A stretch of DNA of 64,000 nt from Gracilinanus agilis (GCF_016433145.1 NC_058133.1:178719261-178783260); one strand, 5' to 3'; positions 49,165 through 61,420 are shown, counted from the stretch's first letter. Notes: generated by a model not told the origin, from the letters alone. Made by a program: numbers and translations.

Positions 49165-50060
49165 ATAGATGGGCACACTAATGTTTCATTGTTGGGCTGT
49201 GAATAGATCTAGAAAGTGATTAGAATATCCATACCCTTTGATTCAGAGATTCCACAACTAGGCATATGCCTCCAAGAAGTGCAACGACAAAAGGAAAGGT
49301 CCCATTTACACCAAAATATTCATAACAGCCCTTTGTCTGTGGAAACAAAGTGAATGTCCACTTATTGGGGAATGGCTAAGCAAACTGTAGAAAATGAATT
49401 TAATGAACTATTATTCGCCACAAGAAATAATAATAATTCATGGAAATATGGGAAGACTTATAAAGAACTTGAGAGCAAAGTAATTAGAAGTAGGAGAACA
49501 CTAGACACAATAGCTATCACAATATATATGAAAATAAAACTAAAGAAAAATTTGAAACTGAACACCATATTTATATGTGTTTAAATAATGACCAACAATG
49601 GCCCCTGAAAAGACAAAAATCTACTTCTATCTTTTTCTTGTAGAGGTAGGGGACTATGGATGTGTTCCATTGCATATATTGTCAAACAGGGTTAATGTGT
49701 TCAGTTTTGCTGAATTTATATCTTTTATTTAGAATCCTTATTTCAAGGCATGTGGTGTTATTGTTGACATATTATTATGTGTAAGGGGAAGATGAAGAAA
49801 AATATGTAAATTTGATGTAAAAACAAAAAAGGAAAAAATTGAAGGAAAATATCTGGAAGTGAATTTGGTATTAAAAAAAAGGAAAAATTTTGAAGGAAAA
49901 TATCTGGAAGTGAATATGATATAAAAACAAAAGGAAAAAATAAAGAAGATGATCCTTTGGTTGGACAGGTGGGAGGCTAAGGGTGTGGAACGGTGAGTGA
50001 ATGCTGGTAAATATGTCCAATCTGTCAGCTGGTCTTGCCCAATTGTTTTTTAAATCTTTG
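49165..50060 (+). mobile_element. Old L1 ORF2 end and 3' UTR with an internal ~52-bp tandem duplication
   Basis: cataccctttgattcagagattccacaactaggcatatgcctcc...caccaaaatattcataacagcc; units at 49811-49863, 49864-49914 and a partial third. Confidence 0.8.
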
Positions 50061-50499
50061 TTTCAAGAAAGGGCTAACTAGGTTGGGAAGTACAGCAATT
50101 TCATATTCCAAATATACAATATGCTCAGAAACAAATGATGTAAAAAACCAAAAGTCATCAATGCAACTTTTTTTAAAGGAAAGAAAAGAATTAATGAAGG
50201 CTATCTTAAGTCCTTCTTAAAAACAAAACAAAAACAAAAAGAACAACAAAAAAAAAACACCTGCTATACAAATGCCTATCACAGCTACTTTACACACCAT
50301 GTTGTCACTATTTCTCAGATCAATAGCTATTTCTGGCCCAAGAAATGAAACATGTAGAGTCCTGCCTCCAATGACACATCTTCACCCAGGTCTGACTCAC
50401 CTCCTCAGAAAAGCACTGCCAAAAATAATACTTAGCCAAAATTATGTTCCACAATCTTTGACAAAGTGATATCTAAATTTAAAAAAAAAAAAGGCTTAA

Positions 50500-51560
50500 A
50501 TGTCAAACAATGCTGGTGATTTATCCAATGGTGATTTAGACAATGCGCCCCCGTTTTCCATGACATCAATCTGGACCCGGAAGGCAGCAGGGATGTTTAA
50601 AAGATGCCTGTGACAGACCAGGAGTATGGAGAACTACCAGGACTATCAATCATCCTCAAAAGGTCTGGTGGTTTAGGATGATTTTTCTTTCTCCTTTGGG
50701 AAAAATTTTCTCTCTTTCCCTTTTTTCCCCTCTGCCCTAGATGGAAGCACAACGTACGTCCATCGACGCTCCCTGCGCCCGTGTTCCACATCCGCCTCTG
50801 CTCCATACCCGCAGCCACGGGAAACTGCTGGGATGAAGGTGAAGCTCATCCGAGGAGATCTCCGTGTCAACATGAGCTTAGAGAGAGGGGGAGAAGGGAA
50901 TGCCATGAGTCCATTTGAGTGAGAACGTTCGAAATGCCTTGGAAGCCGAAAGACATTAACCTGTGGGGGAACGTCAAGGTGTCTGCCTCTGTGCTACAGG
51001 CGTAATAAAAGGGAACGGGGCCTTTGGTAATGGCCCACCCTTGTGGTTGTTCCTATAAATTATATCCTGGGGAGGAAGGGGGTCAGGGAGGGGGGGAAGA
51101 AAGTAAAAATGGAACCCGTTCAGGATTCTTTTATTGTAATAGTCTCCAGTTGAGCATAATCACCAAAGCTATAGTGATAAGATTGCCAAAACTAGACAAA
51201 CATCTGTGAGATGAATTCATCTCGGAGGGGAAGCCAACAGCTTGTTATCATTAAAGAGGCGATGCTCGCTCTACGATTGAACTGCAGGCCGCCTTGTTAC
51301 TGCGTTTGCGGAAGGCAATTGTACCAGATGTTGGCAACAGTCTTCGGATAGATGACAAGCACCTGCTGTTGAGAAAATTAAGCTGCTCGCTGGCCTTCTT
51401 GATTTGGGGGAGCAGGGCAGGAGGAGGAGGGCAGGAGTGACCCTTCCGGTTAGCCTGCTGGAGGGCAAAGAGAAGAGAGGACCAACTCGGGCCGCTCCTC
51501 CCACCCTGAACAACTTCGCGCCCTGCTACTTCCTTCAGACAATAACCAAGAGGTCGAAAG
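50500..51560. promoter_or_regulatory. CpG-retaining, repeat-free island (candidate promoter or enhancer)
   Basis: About 35 CpGs by hand count in ~1 kb; CCAAT 50525, TGACATCA 50561, CCGGAAG 50577, TATAAAT 51054, G4 51069-51096. Confidence 0.55.
50741..50838 (+). other. Candidate internal exon (alternative donor would extend it to 50918); product unknown
   Basis: Long polypyrimidine tract plus ctag acceptor; donors AAG/gtgaag or GA/gtgaga; one frame open throughout; peptide not recognised. Confidence 0.25.
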
Positions 51561-51664
51561 AAATCCTGAATGGGAGATAGGGGAAATGTAGAGGAGGAGA
51601 ACTCTCAGAGGGATGGATGAGAGGGAAAGGATTTAACTTCAAATCTTTCCTCTAATACTTGCTG

Positions 51665-51905
51665 CATAGCCAGGTGGATAAAGTGCCAGGTCCGGAGTCA
51701 GGAAAACCTAAGTCCAAATCCAGCTTCATACACTTCCTAGCTGGGTGACCCTGGGCAAGTCGCTTTACCCTGTTTGTCTCAGTTTTCTTATCTATGAAAT
51801 GAGCTGGAAAAGGAAATGGTAAAGCACTCCAGTATTTTTACCAAGAAAACCCCCAATGGGGTCATAAAAAAATAGGACACATGTGAAATGACTGAACAAA
51901 AACAA
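51665..51905 (+). mobile_element. MAR1-type SINE
   Basis: gccaggtggataaagtgccaggtccggagtcagg...aagaaaacccccaatggggtcat. Confidence 0.9.
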
Positions 51906-52229
51906 CAAAAAAGATTTACCACCAGAGGGACCTTAGGCAAGTCACTCAACCTCAAGAGGCCTCTGTTTCTTCATCTGTAAAAAGGAGTCTAAGTTAAATG
52001 ATTCTAAGGTTCCTTCCAGATCTAAATTTGTGAAACAAAACACTAATAACAGCCCCCCCAAAAAAAACACTGACATAAGGTAGAGGTAGAGAAACATCTC
52101 CATCTCAAAGCCATGGCCTTCCCACTCGGCCTTATTCAAAATGTCACCAGCTCCCAGGTTAGCCCAAGTACTTGGGCAATCCAGTTCAGGCCAGAGAGGT
52201 AAACAGCCCAGCCAGATCAAATCACTCAG

Positions 52230-52420
52230 CAGGTTGCTCATAGTAACAGCCTTGGAGATCCTTCAAACCATAATTTTAAAACACAATTGTGGACATTAAT
52301 CATCATTAAAAGGCAAACAGGCAATTTTCAGGCCATGTCATGCTGACTCAGATGAAAACAAAAGCCCTTGAAAGCAGGAGGAGGGGGAGGCGGGAAAGTA
52401 AGGTCTATATATTCTACTCA
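52230..52420. promoter_or_regulatory. Candidate enhancer with ARE/MARE site
   Basis: TGCTGACTCAG at 52341-52351; cattaatcatcatta homeodomain-type words. Confidence 0.4.
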
Positions 52421-53620
52421 TGCCACCATGGACAAATAACAATCTAGGCAGCCCATAACTCATTTTTTCAGAGCTCCCCCAGTATCCGTTATCCCACCCA
52501 AGTGATTCACTCCTAACTTAGAATGTCACAGTTCTCTGCATAGACACTACAAAGAGCAATTTTGACGTGGAAAGCCCTATTATCAGAAAGAGGCTTATAA
52601 AATAAAATAAATACGTGTCCTTGGATCGACAAGGGGATAGTGTACCAAAGCCCTGCTTCCCAAACAAGGGCATTTTAGGAACCTATTACGCCCCAATGGT
52701 AGGCAAGAAAGTTATGTAATGACTGAGCAAATTGGCTCACTCCTAAGGCATTCACTTTCTGCATTGACAAAGTCCAACAGGGCCATCTTCTCTTTTGCAG
52801 TTACAGGAATCCATCAGATACAACCATGGCCATTTTTGGGGACTCCCACAGGGCCCAGGGTACTTCTGATCTAAATGAAGAAATGAAGCCTCCCAATTTC
52901 TTTCTGTGGCCCAAATGGATCACGACTGAGCTTGAAACCCCAAGCTTGTCCCAATTCCTGAAGACTTTGTACCCTGCCCATGACACATCTGTCCCATGGG
53001 TAGGGTAGCAACGTATCCCCTAATTAGCCTTGGAATGGCACTCACGATGAGCCACAAAATGTGGCAAAATGAGCTTTTTCTGGTGGCTAAGTAGGGAAGT
53101 TGTAGGCTTCTAGACTCTTACTAACAAGAGCTCCTTTTTTTTCCTTTCAAGAAAACCCCCTCATTCAAAATGCCCAGAAGGGACTCCCCCTACCCCCCCA
53201 AAAAGAGATCTGTTTGCCAGAGAATACAAGAATCAAGGCAGTTTAATTTCACACTCTGTCTGTCTTGGACTCCTTGGGGTAAATTTCATTTCACATTAAC
53301 AGCCCTGACCCACATGACCACAATGGAAAAATAAGCACCTTCTATCAAATTAAGTTTTTTGGAAGGGGAGTTAAAAATATATAACTATTTTTTGTCTCTT
53401 ATGTTTGAGTTAGATTTCAATAAAAGTCTGATATGAAAATTAAGAAGGGATTATTTCCGCATTTTCATCTATAGAACAATGGATATTTATAGACATGCCA
53501 GTATACACTAGGTACCTTTATACAGGTGTCACTTACTCTGAGGGAAAAAAAATAGACTTCAAAACCTAAATTCTTGGTACAGAATTTTTATAATTTTTTT
53601 CAATTATTAAGGGATTTTTA

Positions 53621-53664
53621 GGAAGGAAGGAAGGAAGGAAGGAAGGAAGGAAGGAAGGAAGGAA
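53621..53664. repeat. (GGAA)11 microsatellite
   Basis: Direct read. Confidence 0.95.
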
Positions 53665-53769
53665 GGAGATATGGATCCATTGTATCATAAGAAGCATAGT
53701 AAAAATGCATATAAAAGAGAAGGGGAAGGGAGGAGGGAGAAGACTGAATAGTTTTCATGGCGGGGGAAG

Positions 53770-53990
53770 GGGGGGCGGCCCATGACATGAGCAAATGTGT
53801 GTTTAGAAATATCGATTTGGCAGCTGTGTGACAAATGGATTGGAGAAAGGAGAGCCTGGAGGTAGGAAGGCCAGTTGGAAGGCTACTACAACAGTCCAGG
53901 CAAGAGGTATTAGGTTCATGAAATGCCTGTAGAGGTGTACAGCCTCCATCATGTCTCCCTACTGACAAGTTGATAAAGTGGGGGAATTTC
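53770..53990 (-). mobile_element. L2 fragment
   Basis: ggattggagaaaggagagcctggaggtaggaaggccagttggaaggcta. Confidence 0.8.
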
Positions 53991-55379
53991 ATTTAGTGAT
54001 TTCATTGAGTACAGAGAAGAACCTTTCTAAGAGGCTATGGCCAGGGCTATCCCTATGGGGTTCTGGTGGATATATCACACAATTGTCTTTGAAGTCTTTG
54101 CACATAAAAGGCATGTAATAAATGTCTGTTAAATCGAATTTAACCTCTTTCGATCTGAATGTCCTCATCTATAAAATGGGGAAGAGAGGAGAGGGAGAAT
54201 AGGTCTATTTAAGTTTCTTTCTAGCTATAAATTATGATCCAGCATAAATTCCATTCCTATACCCTTAATTTTTTTTTTCTTCCTAAAGTGAATCAGGGCA
54301 AAATAAACATCAAAGGTGGCTTTGATAGAGAAATCAGGTATAGCTGATGGGTATGTAGACTGGGAAAGGGCAACCTACCTGTCACTGGTTCCCATGATAC
54401 CTTTTTTTCTCCCCCTGGCTAGGGTTTGCTGGTAGGGCTCTGGTTACTGAATCCTGAGCTCATGGGTTAGCAGTGAAGATTCCCCCAATGAACTATAGAG
54501 ACAAATGTGCACGCTGTGCCAGACTAACAGCCAAAGAGGCATGTAGGGGCACACTAGGTCCTTTTAGCCAAAGAGCTTGCCCGGAGAAACTCAGCAGGCA
54601 CAAGCCCAGAATGTATAAAATGCTCAACCATAAAGCTCAAAACTGAAATGCTCTTTGGGGGAATGGCTTTTAATAAAACTGTCAAAGACACACAGATAGA
54701 TGTCAGAAAGGGTGGAGGGCGGAGCCTTAGAACTGGCCCATGTTCTAATCCACTGGAATACGTCAACGGAACCCACCTTGGAAATTTCTCGCCAGTGAGT
54801 TATGGTGAACACTTCCTATGGGGAGGAAAAATTGTTTTAGGCTCCTTTCCAGTCACATGTGCTCTTTTAATCCTAGTCATATGAAAGAATTATTTATTGA
54901 GGATGAAAGTTCCCCCATAGGTATTTTTTAAAGTGCTCGGCACTCAGGAGCACTCTCGTTAAGTCTATAAAGCTGCCTTAAAAGAAAATGTTAAAGCATT
55001 TGTCTCATCTGCTTTAAACTGATTTCTTATGGCAGACAAGGACGATTTCCACAAACACTCCCCCTCTCTCAGCAGTTCTGACTCTGTCTAGTGCTCTCCC
55101 TGTGCACAGAAATTCTTGGGGACTCCACCATTAGCAAGGTGGTTTTGAATATAAAGGTGACATTTATCACAGTGATAACATTATATACTCAATGAAAGTG
55201 GATTATTTGTTCTATTCCTCCCTTGAGAAACTCCTTCCTCTAAGACGACATTTCCTTCTCTGTGTAGTGTTTCTCTTACTACAATATTTCTTTGCCTAGA
55301 AAAGACATTGCCTTGCCATATTTATCTCCTTAACATGGAGGTGGAAAACCAAATCTTTTTTTTTTTTTTATCCCCCTAA

Positions 55380-55490
55380 ACCTTTGCATTAAATTGAACA
55401 GAACCTACTAATAAAGCATTTCTGATAGGATGGATTTGTTAAAGGATTAGGTGCAATCCTAATTAGATGGCATTTAATAATGCTTTTAAT
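55380..55490. promoter_or_regulatory. Candidate short conserved non-coding element
   Basis: tttgcattaaattg, ctaattag, atttaataatg in a repeat-free stretch abutting a MIR. Confidence 0.3.
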
Positions 55491-56079
55491 TTTGTGAAGT
55501 GACTTTACTTACTCTATCTCATTGGAGCCTTCAAACAATTCCAGGAGGTGAGCATTAAAGGCTGTAATTCATTTCAATTTTACAGATGAGGCAACTGAGG
55601 CCATTTCAAGGGGAGACCTGGAACAAAGTCAGGAACAGTGCCTCTGATCAACCCATAAGGGAGGTGGTGGTGTTTTTAAATGAAAAGCACCTCTATTTTT
55701 TCTCCAAAAACCAGTACAACATACACCATAAAGCTGGCCTTAAAATATTTACCTCTGCATCCAATTATAAAAGCCCTGGAAACCTCAACAACCTGATTTA
55801 TAACTAATCCCCTTCCATAAATTACATCTTTTGCTACAGACCACCTAAAAACTGGCTTCCTGTAAACAAATCACTCTGTTGGTTTTTTTTTAATGTTAAT
55901 TAAATCCTTATTTTGCTTTTTCAAATGGAAGAGTTTGCTTCTCACTACACTAGGACAGAATTTATTATCATTAAACTGCTTGGAAAAAAAGCTCAGGGTT
56001 CCTAAGGAACCCAAAACATAGCCTATTTCCAAACACTCCATGTCAACAGAAGTCTACCACTCTAAGCCCAGTCTAGTAG

Positions 56080-56238
56080 AAAGAGAATGAGATTTGGAAT
56101 AGAAAGATAAGGGTTTGATTCTAGGACCTCTCCTTCAATAGTTCTGAGAACAGGAATAAGTCACATAATCTCACTAAGCCTCAGTTTCCTCACCTCTAAA
56201 ACAGGAATCCTAATAAACCTAGTTCACAGGGCTATTGT

Positions 56239-56240
<2 letters not shown>
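56080..56240 (+). mobile_element. MIR
   Basis: aagtcacataatctcactaagcctcagtttcctcacctctaaaac. Confidence 0.8.

Positions 56241-56241
<1 letters not shown>

Positions 56242-56314
<73 letters not shown>
56242..56314. repeat. (AG)n microsatellite, about 36 units
   Basis: Direct read. Confidence 0.95.
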
Positions 56315-56317
<3 letters not shown>

Positions 56318-57004
56318 CTTGGAAGTGTCTTAAGCGCGCCATAAGGCTAAGTTATCATTACTACCTGTGTAAGTTTGAGTAAGTCATTTAACCTCCTCTG
56401 TAAAATGAGAGGGTAGGGTTAGAGGATGTCTAAAGCCCCTTTTAGCTCAAAATCCTAAGATAACTATCAAGGACTCCTTCTGGTGTGTGATTACATTTCA
56501 TTTTGCCTCTCTCCCTCCCCAAGTCCTTATTTTTCTGTCCAGCCAGGGTTTCAGCAATGACATCTGTTGAGTACATCCATTGTTTCCCTAGCAACCCAGC
56601 CCTGCTCTTTCTCTCAAAGGCATTCTACTCAGCCCAACAACCCCCATTCCTCCCCCACCCCAATTATCCAGCCCGGTGAATCTCTCCCTACCAGAGGAGA
56701 GCAGCCCCACTTGTTGAATAGGTAGAAATAGGTTGGGGGGAGGAAGGGGATTCAAACCAAGGAAAATTCATGGGATTCATGAGATCCAAGATTCAGGGCT
56801 GGAAGGAAGGCAGAGGCCATATGCTCCAAACCCCTCCTTTCACAGAAGAGTCTATTGAAGCTGAGACACTAAGTGAGGTACCCAAGGTTGCAAGCCAGGG
56901 CCTCTAAGTTGGTTGTTCTTTCCATTACCTGTAGTCAAAAATTAAGTTCCATGATTCAATAAGCATTTTTTCAACAGATATTGTATGCTGCTGGCATAAG
57001 GCAG

Positions 57005-57220
57005 GAAAAGCTGGGTGGTACAATGGAGAGAGCCCTGGGCGGGGAGTCAAGAAGACCTAAGTTCAAATTCTGTCTCAGGCACTTCCCAGTTGTGTGATCC
57101 TAGGCATGTCATTTAACTCTTGACCTCAGTTTCCTCATCTGTAAAATAAGGTAGAGAAGGAAATGGCAAACCACTCTAGTATCTTTGCCAAGAGAAGCCT
57201 AAATGGGGTTACGAAGAGTT
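57005..57220 (+). mobile_element. MAR1-type SINE
   Basis: gagaaggaaatggcaaaccactctagtatctttgccaaga. Confidence 0.9.
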
Positions 57221-57799
57221 CAATAGCAAGAAAGCACTGAAAAAAGCCAAAAAATTGTATGCTGGGTCCTGTGTATGCTAGGTGCTAGAGAAAGAAAGGC
57301 AAACAAAATAAGCAAACATAAGCTACCCTTAAGGAACTTACATTTGGCCAGGAAGCTGATGGCCTAATACAAGAATTTAAACACAAAGTACAGGCAAGTT
57401 TTTGGTTTGTTTGGGGTTTTTTTTTTGTCCAGTCCTGAGATACATGGAAGAAAGGAACTCTCAAAGGGAAAACTCTGGGATCTCCAATAACTCTGCAATT
57501 TACATTCTCAGAGAGTTCCCTGGGACACTGAGAAATTATGGGATTTTTTTTCCTGAACTCACTCAAGGTCCTACCACTAGCATATATCAAAGGTTCAATT
57601 TGAACCCAAAACTTCCAGATTGCCCAAAACTGCTTTATTTATAAATCAATTTCAGAAGGGAAAAAAGTCTAGAAGTGGGCAGCTGTAATGTATTCAAAGA
57701 CCCAGGGAAAAGAGAGGGACAGAAATTAACTCTCTGGAAGTTTCCCGCTTTTCCCTCCAAAGTTTCCCAACCTTATTAATTCTGGCCTTTTCTATTCCC

Positions 57800-58060
57800 T
57801 CCCCGGACATCTCCTGGCCCACCCTCCCTCCCTGCCAGCCACCACCACAGCCACCACCACCACCACCTTTAATCTAGGCTTCCATTTCATTCTTAAGGGC
57901 CTGTGATTACTCTAATTCAGCATTCAGATGACTTCATTTCCGCTCAAGTGCACCAGGTCAACTTCAATAGAAAAAGGAGGAGGAGAAGAAAAATAATCAG
58001 CTAAAAGCTATTAAGTATCAGCCAAGGAGCTCCTGGTTGGTTCTAACAGTCTTCAAAAAC
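57800..58060. promoter_or_regulatory. Candidate conserved non-coding element after a (CCA)n run
   Basis: Repeat-free; tgattactctaattc, aataatcagctaa. Confidence 0.35.
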
Positions 58061-59074
58061 TCCAACACAACCCAACCACCCACTTGTCCAGTAACTGCAC
58101 ATTCAGATTTTTCTGGGGCTCTCACTGTTCCAGCTTAGACTGTTCCCGCTCAGAATATGAATAGAGCCCAGATCTGCCTTTCTGCTGTTACTAATTCACA
58201 AATATTCAATCTGAGTGTACAAGGGCTTTTTTTTTATTTTTATTTTTTTCAAACTTAAAGGATAGGAGCTGGTCACTTTCCAGCATGCTTTGGGATGGAA
58301 CAGGGGTTAGGAGAGACTACTTAAAAAGTACCAAGGAGTAAGACTGGAGGGGGGTAGGGAATGCAATCCTATTGACCCTGAAAAACAATAAAATTTCCAT
58401 ATCAATGTCCAGTGCAGGAAACAATGGAATTCAAAATGGGTGCCAAGTCTAAATGAACTGGGCTCTCTGTCCAATGAGACAACTCCTTCTCCTTGCACCC
58501 CCTGGCACTAGGCTGAACCACAATTTAATGTCCACTTTCAAATCCCCCAGAAATGAAGCCGGAGAGAAAGACTCCCTTTCTCATGCTAACAACTCTATTG
58601 TAAGTGATGTCTTCAGAGGCCACAGCCAGGGCCTCTGGGAAAGCCAGCCCACAGAAGCTGGAGTGCTCCAGGATCCAGGGGTCCTTAACTCATTGCTGCC
58701 CAGACAGCTGAGCGCCCCCAAGGGCAGTCCTTCCCATAGTCCTCCTCTGAGCCTTTGAAAAAGTGGCAAACCCAAACTTCGAAGAAAGGAACGACAACTT
58801 TTAAACTAGTTTGCACCCAAGCAGATGCCAGATCTGGGAAACATTAAGAGCATGCCTCCTTCTGCTTGACTGAAAGGAAAACTTTGAATAAAGAGCAGGC
58901 TTCCAATGAATCAGAAATTCATGACATCTTAGCTGAATGGGCTCTCAGTCTACTAGATCAATCAATGTCTTAGATTACAGAGAAAATGGAAGTTTTCAGG
59001 GGACCGGGGCTTGGCTTCTGTTTGGTTTTTGTGTACACCGTGCCGGGCTTATATTGGCTTCTAAATCGTAAGTG

Positions 59075-59300
59075 GGCAGCCAGGTGGGTCAGTAGAAAGA
59101 TAACTTGGCCTGGAGTTGGAAAAACCTGAGTTCAAATCTGGCCTCAGACACTTGCTAGCTGTGTGATCCTGGACAAGTGACTTCACCCCATTGGCCTCAG
59201 TTTCCTGATCTTTAAAATGAGCCAGAGAAGGAAAGAGGCAAACCACTCCACTTTCTTTGCCAAGAAGACCCCAAATGGGGCCAACTAAAATGGCTGAACA
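59075..59300 (+). mobile_element. MAR1-type SINE
   Basis: gggcagccaggtgggtcagtaga...gcaaaccactccactttctttgccaagaagacccc. Confidence 0.9.
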
Positions 59301-61169
59301 ATAAAATAATATTCGTTTAGTTGGATTGCTTTGGAAAGTGAGGCACGGGTTAGGGAACTTGCCCAGGACACAAAGCTAATTAGTAGTAGAATGATCTTTT
59401 TTTTCCCCCTTGCTTGCTACTCGAAAGAATGAATGTTTTTAAAAACATAAGCATAAGAGCAATGATGGTAAGATATTTGAATAACAACAGATGGGCATAT
59501 TTTTGTAACAAGAGGAAAAAAGTTTTCTTAGAAATCTATTAACAACTTCACTGAACAGTAATGAGATCAGGGTGGGCAGCAGGACTGGGGAGTTTAACAT
59601 ACATTCATACAAACACTTCAAATCTTTCTAATAATACCAGCAAGTTGGGTAACCCCAGGGAAAATCAATTAAGCTTCCCCAGCCTCAATTTCCTCCTCTC
59701 TAAAATGGGAATGATAAATACCTTTAGGCTCCCAGTTCACAAAGAGACAGTGAGGCTCTAAGGAGACAATACAAGCTCTCTAACCTCTCTAGTTTCTGCC
59801 ATAGCTCCTAGTTGCTAAATTCCTAGTTAACTCTCAATCAATGATCCTATGAAAACCTTAAAGCTTTGTGATATGTCAATGCCAGTAGTCACAGAAGTCA
59901 CTTCTTTTTTAAACATGTATTTACTCTTTTACAAGTGATTGTTGCTGTTAACACTTCTAACAATAATAATCCATATAATGGAAACTTCACAAGGGGGGAC
60001 AACAGAAACGTGAAGTATTTGTTTTTTTTTTTTTAAACCAGCCAGACCTCAAAGATTATATAACCAGGGGAGAGGGAGGATAATTCTTTTGTTCCTAAAT
60101 GCTGCCTGCCACCCCTGCCCTACAATCTATCTAGCCCCGGTAGACACTGGAAAGCCCAACTCGAGAAGGATCCAGAATCCTCCTAATCCTAAAAGGGCAT
60201 GAGTCTGGGTCACACAGACCTGCCTGAGGTCAGGGGGCTCAAATAAAATCACCACCTCCTCACGATCCACTTCCGAGGGAGGAGTTGACACAAACCAGAC
60301 AGGGAATTAACAAAACATATGGACAGCATCACCTGTCTTCTGGGCTAGAGGAGGGAGAAAATTATATGCACAGAAGAAACCTTTGGGGATGATAAGAGTT
60401 GAAAAGGAATCCTGTCTTCCCTCCTTTTCTCCCCCACCCTCTCCACCAAATCGCCCAAGATACTTCAAGGAACCCAGGGAACCCAACATCAAAGGTCTCC
60501 AGTATTCAGAATAAAACTAAACTAAACTAAACAAGTGCCAAGGAAAGGGGGAGTTGGGATGTTGACAATTTTCACTCAGGTTTCTGAAACTCAGTTCAAT
60601 CCACCTGTATAAACCCTTTCTGATGAAGGATGCCTTCTGGGAGCTTTGATGCCCACAAAAAAACAGACAGGACTTTTGTTTTTCAGGTCTCATCTGAAAG
60701 AATCACAAAGAGCTAACTGCAGAGGGCTCAGGATATCTAGCCCAAGCATTTGGAAGAGATAAAGCTCTACCTCAGGAACACTGGCTGCTTTTAAGAATAT
60801 TTCATTTATTTATTTGCCCAAAGTCCTTGCCTTTCAGATTTCAAAGGAAGTTTTAATATTTTCATTCTTGGTATTACTTTCCTCACAGGTTGAGCATCAA
60901 AACAAGAAGGTTGCACGGGCTCTGGCAGACAGGCCAGCTGCTACATCTACGGACCCAGATCTGGAACTGGGATTAACAAGTAGAAACATAGTCTATGGGC
61001 TTCTTCCTGGCCTCTTCCCAGGAGGAAAGCGCCGACAGCCTCATTACAAAGTTTTTTTATTTTATTACAAGAGCAAAATTCACCTTCTTGCTTGCTACTA
61101 AATAAATAAATAATAATAATAATAATAATTTTTAAGATAAACTTATTTTAATATGTTCAACTAGAACTC

Positions 61170-61420
61170 TAGGGACAGCTAGAGTACCAAGCACCTGAGT
61201 CGAAAGAAGACTCGTCTTCCTGAGTTCAAATCTCGTCTCAAACACTTTCTAGCTCTGTGACTTTGGGGAAGTCATTTTGCCTCGTTTGCCTCAGTTTCCT
61301 CATCTGTAAAATGGGCCGGAGAAGGAAATGGTAAAACCTCTCTCTAGTATCTTTGCCAAGAAAACCCCAAATGGGGTCATAAAGAGTCAGACACGATAGA
61401 AACAACTACACAACAACAAC
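61170..61420 (+). mobile_element. MAR1-type SINE
   Basis: gtatctttgccaagaaaaccccaaatggggtcataaagagtcagacacga plus (caa)n tail. Confidence 0.9.

Noticed and set aside
49811-49943. ~52-bp tandem repeat, about 2.6 copies
   Set aside because: Internal duplication within an old L1 3' UTR; not an array of functional interest.
53621-53664. (GGAA)11 as an ETS-responsive microsatellite enhancer
   Set aside because: That activity is known for the EWS-FLI1 fusion oncoprotein; there is no basis for a normal function here.
54932-54954. Hairpin AGTGCTC-N9-GAGCACT
   Set aside because: A 7-bp stem is too short for a pre-miRNA and is expected by chance in 64 kb.
58995-59072. Short ATG frame (MEVFRGPGLGFCLVFVYTVPGLYWLLN) ending at a gtaagt donor
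   Set aside because: The donor abuts a SINE head, there is no supporting partner exon, and the peptide is unrecognised.
60860-61110. Acceptor ttcctcacag followed by an open frame and AATAAA
   Set aside because: Peptide unrecognised; the AATAAA lies in a simple A/T repeat; no upstream exon identified.
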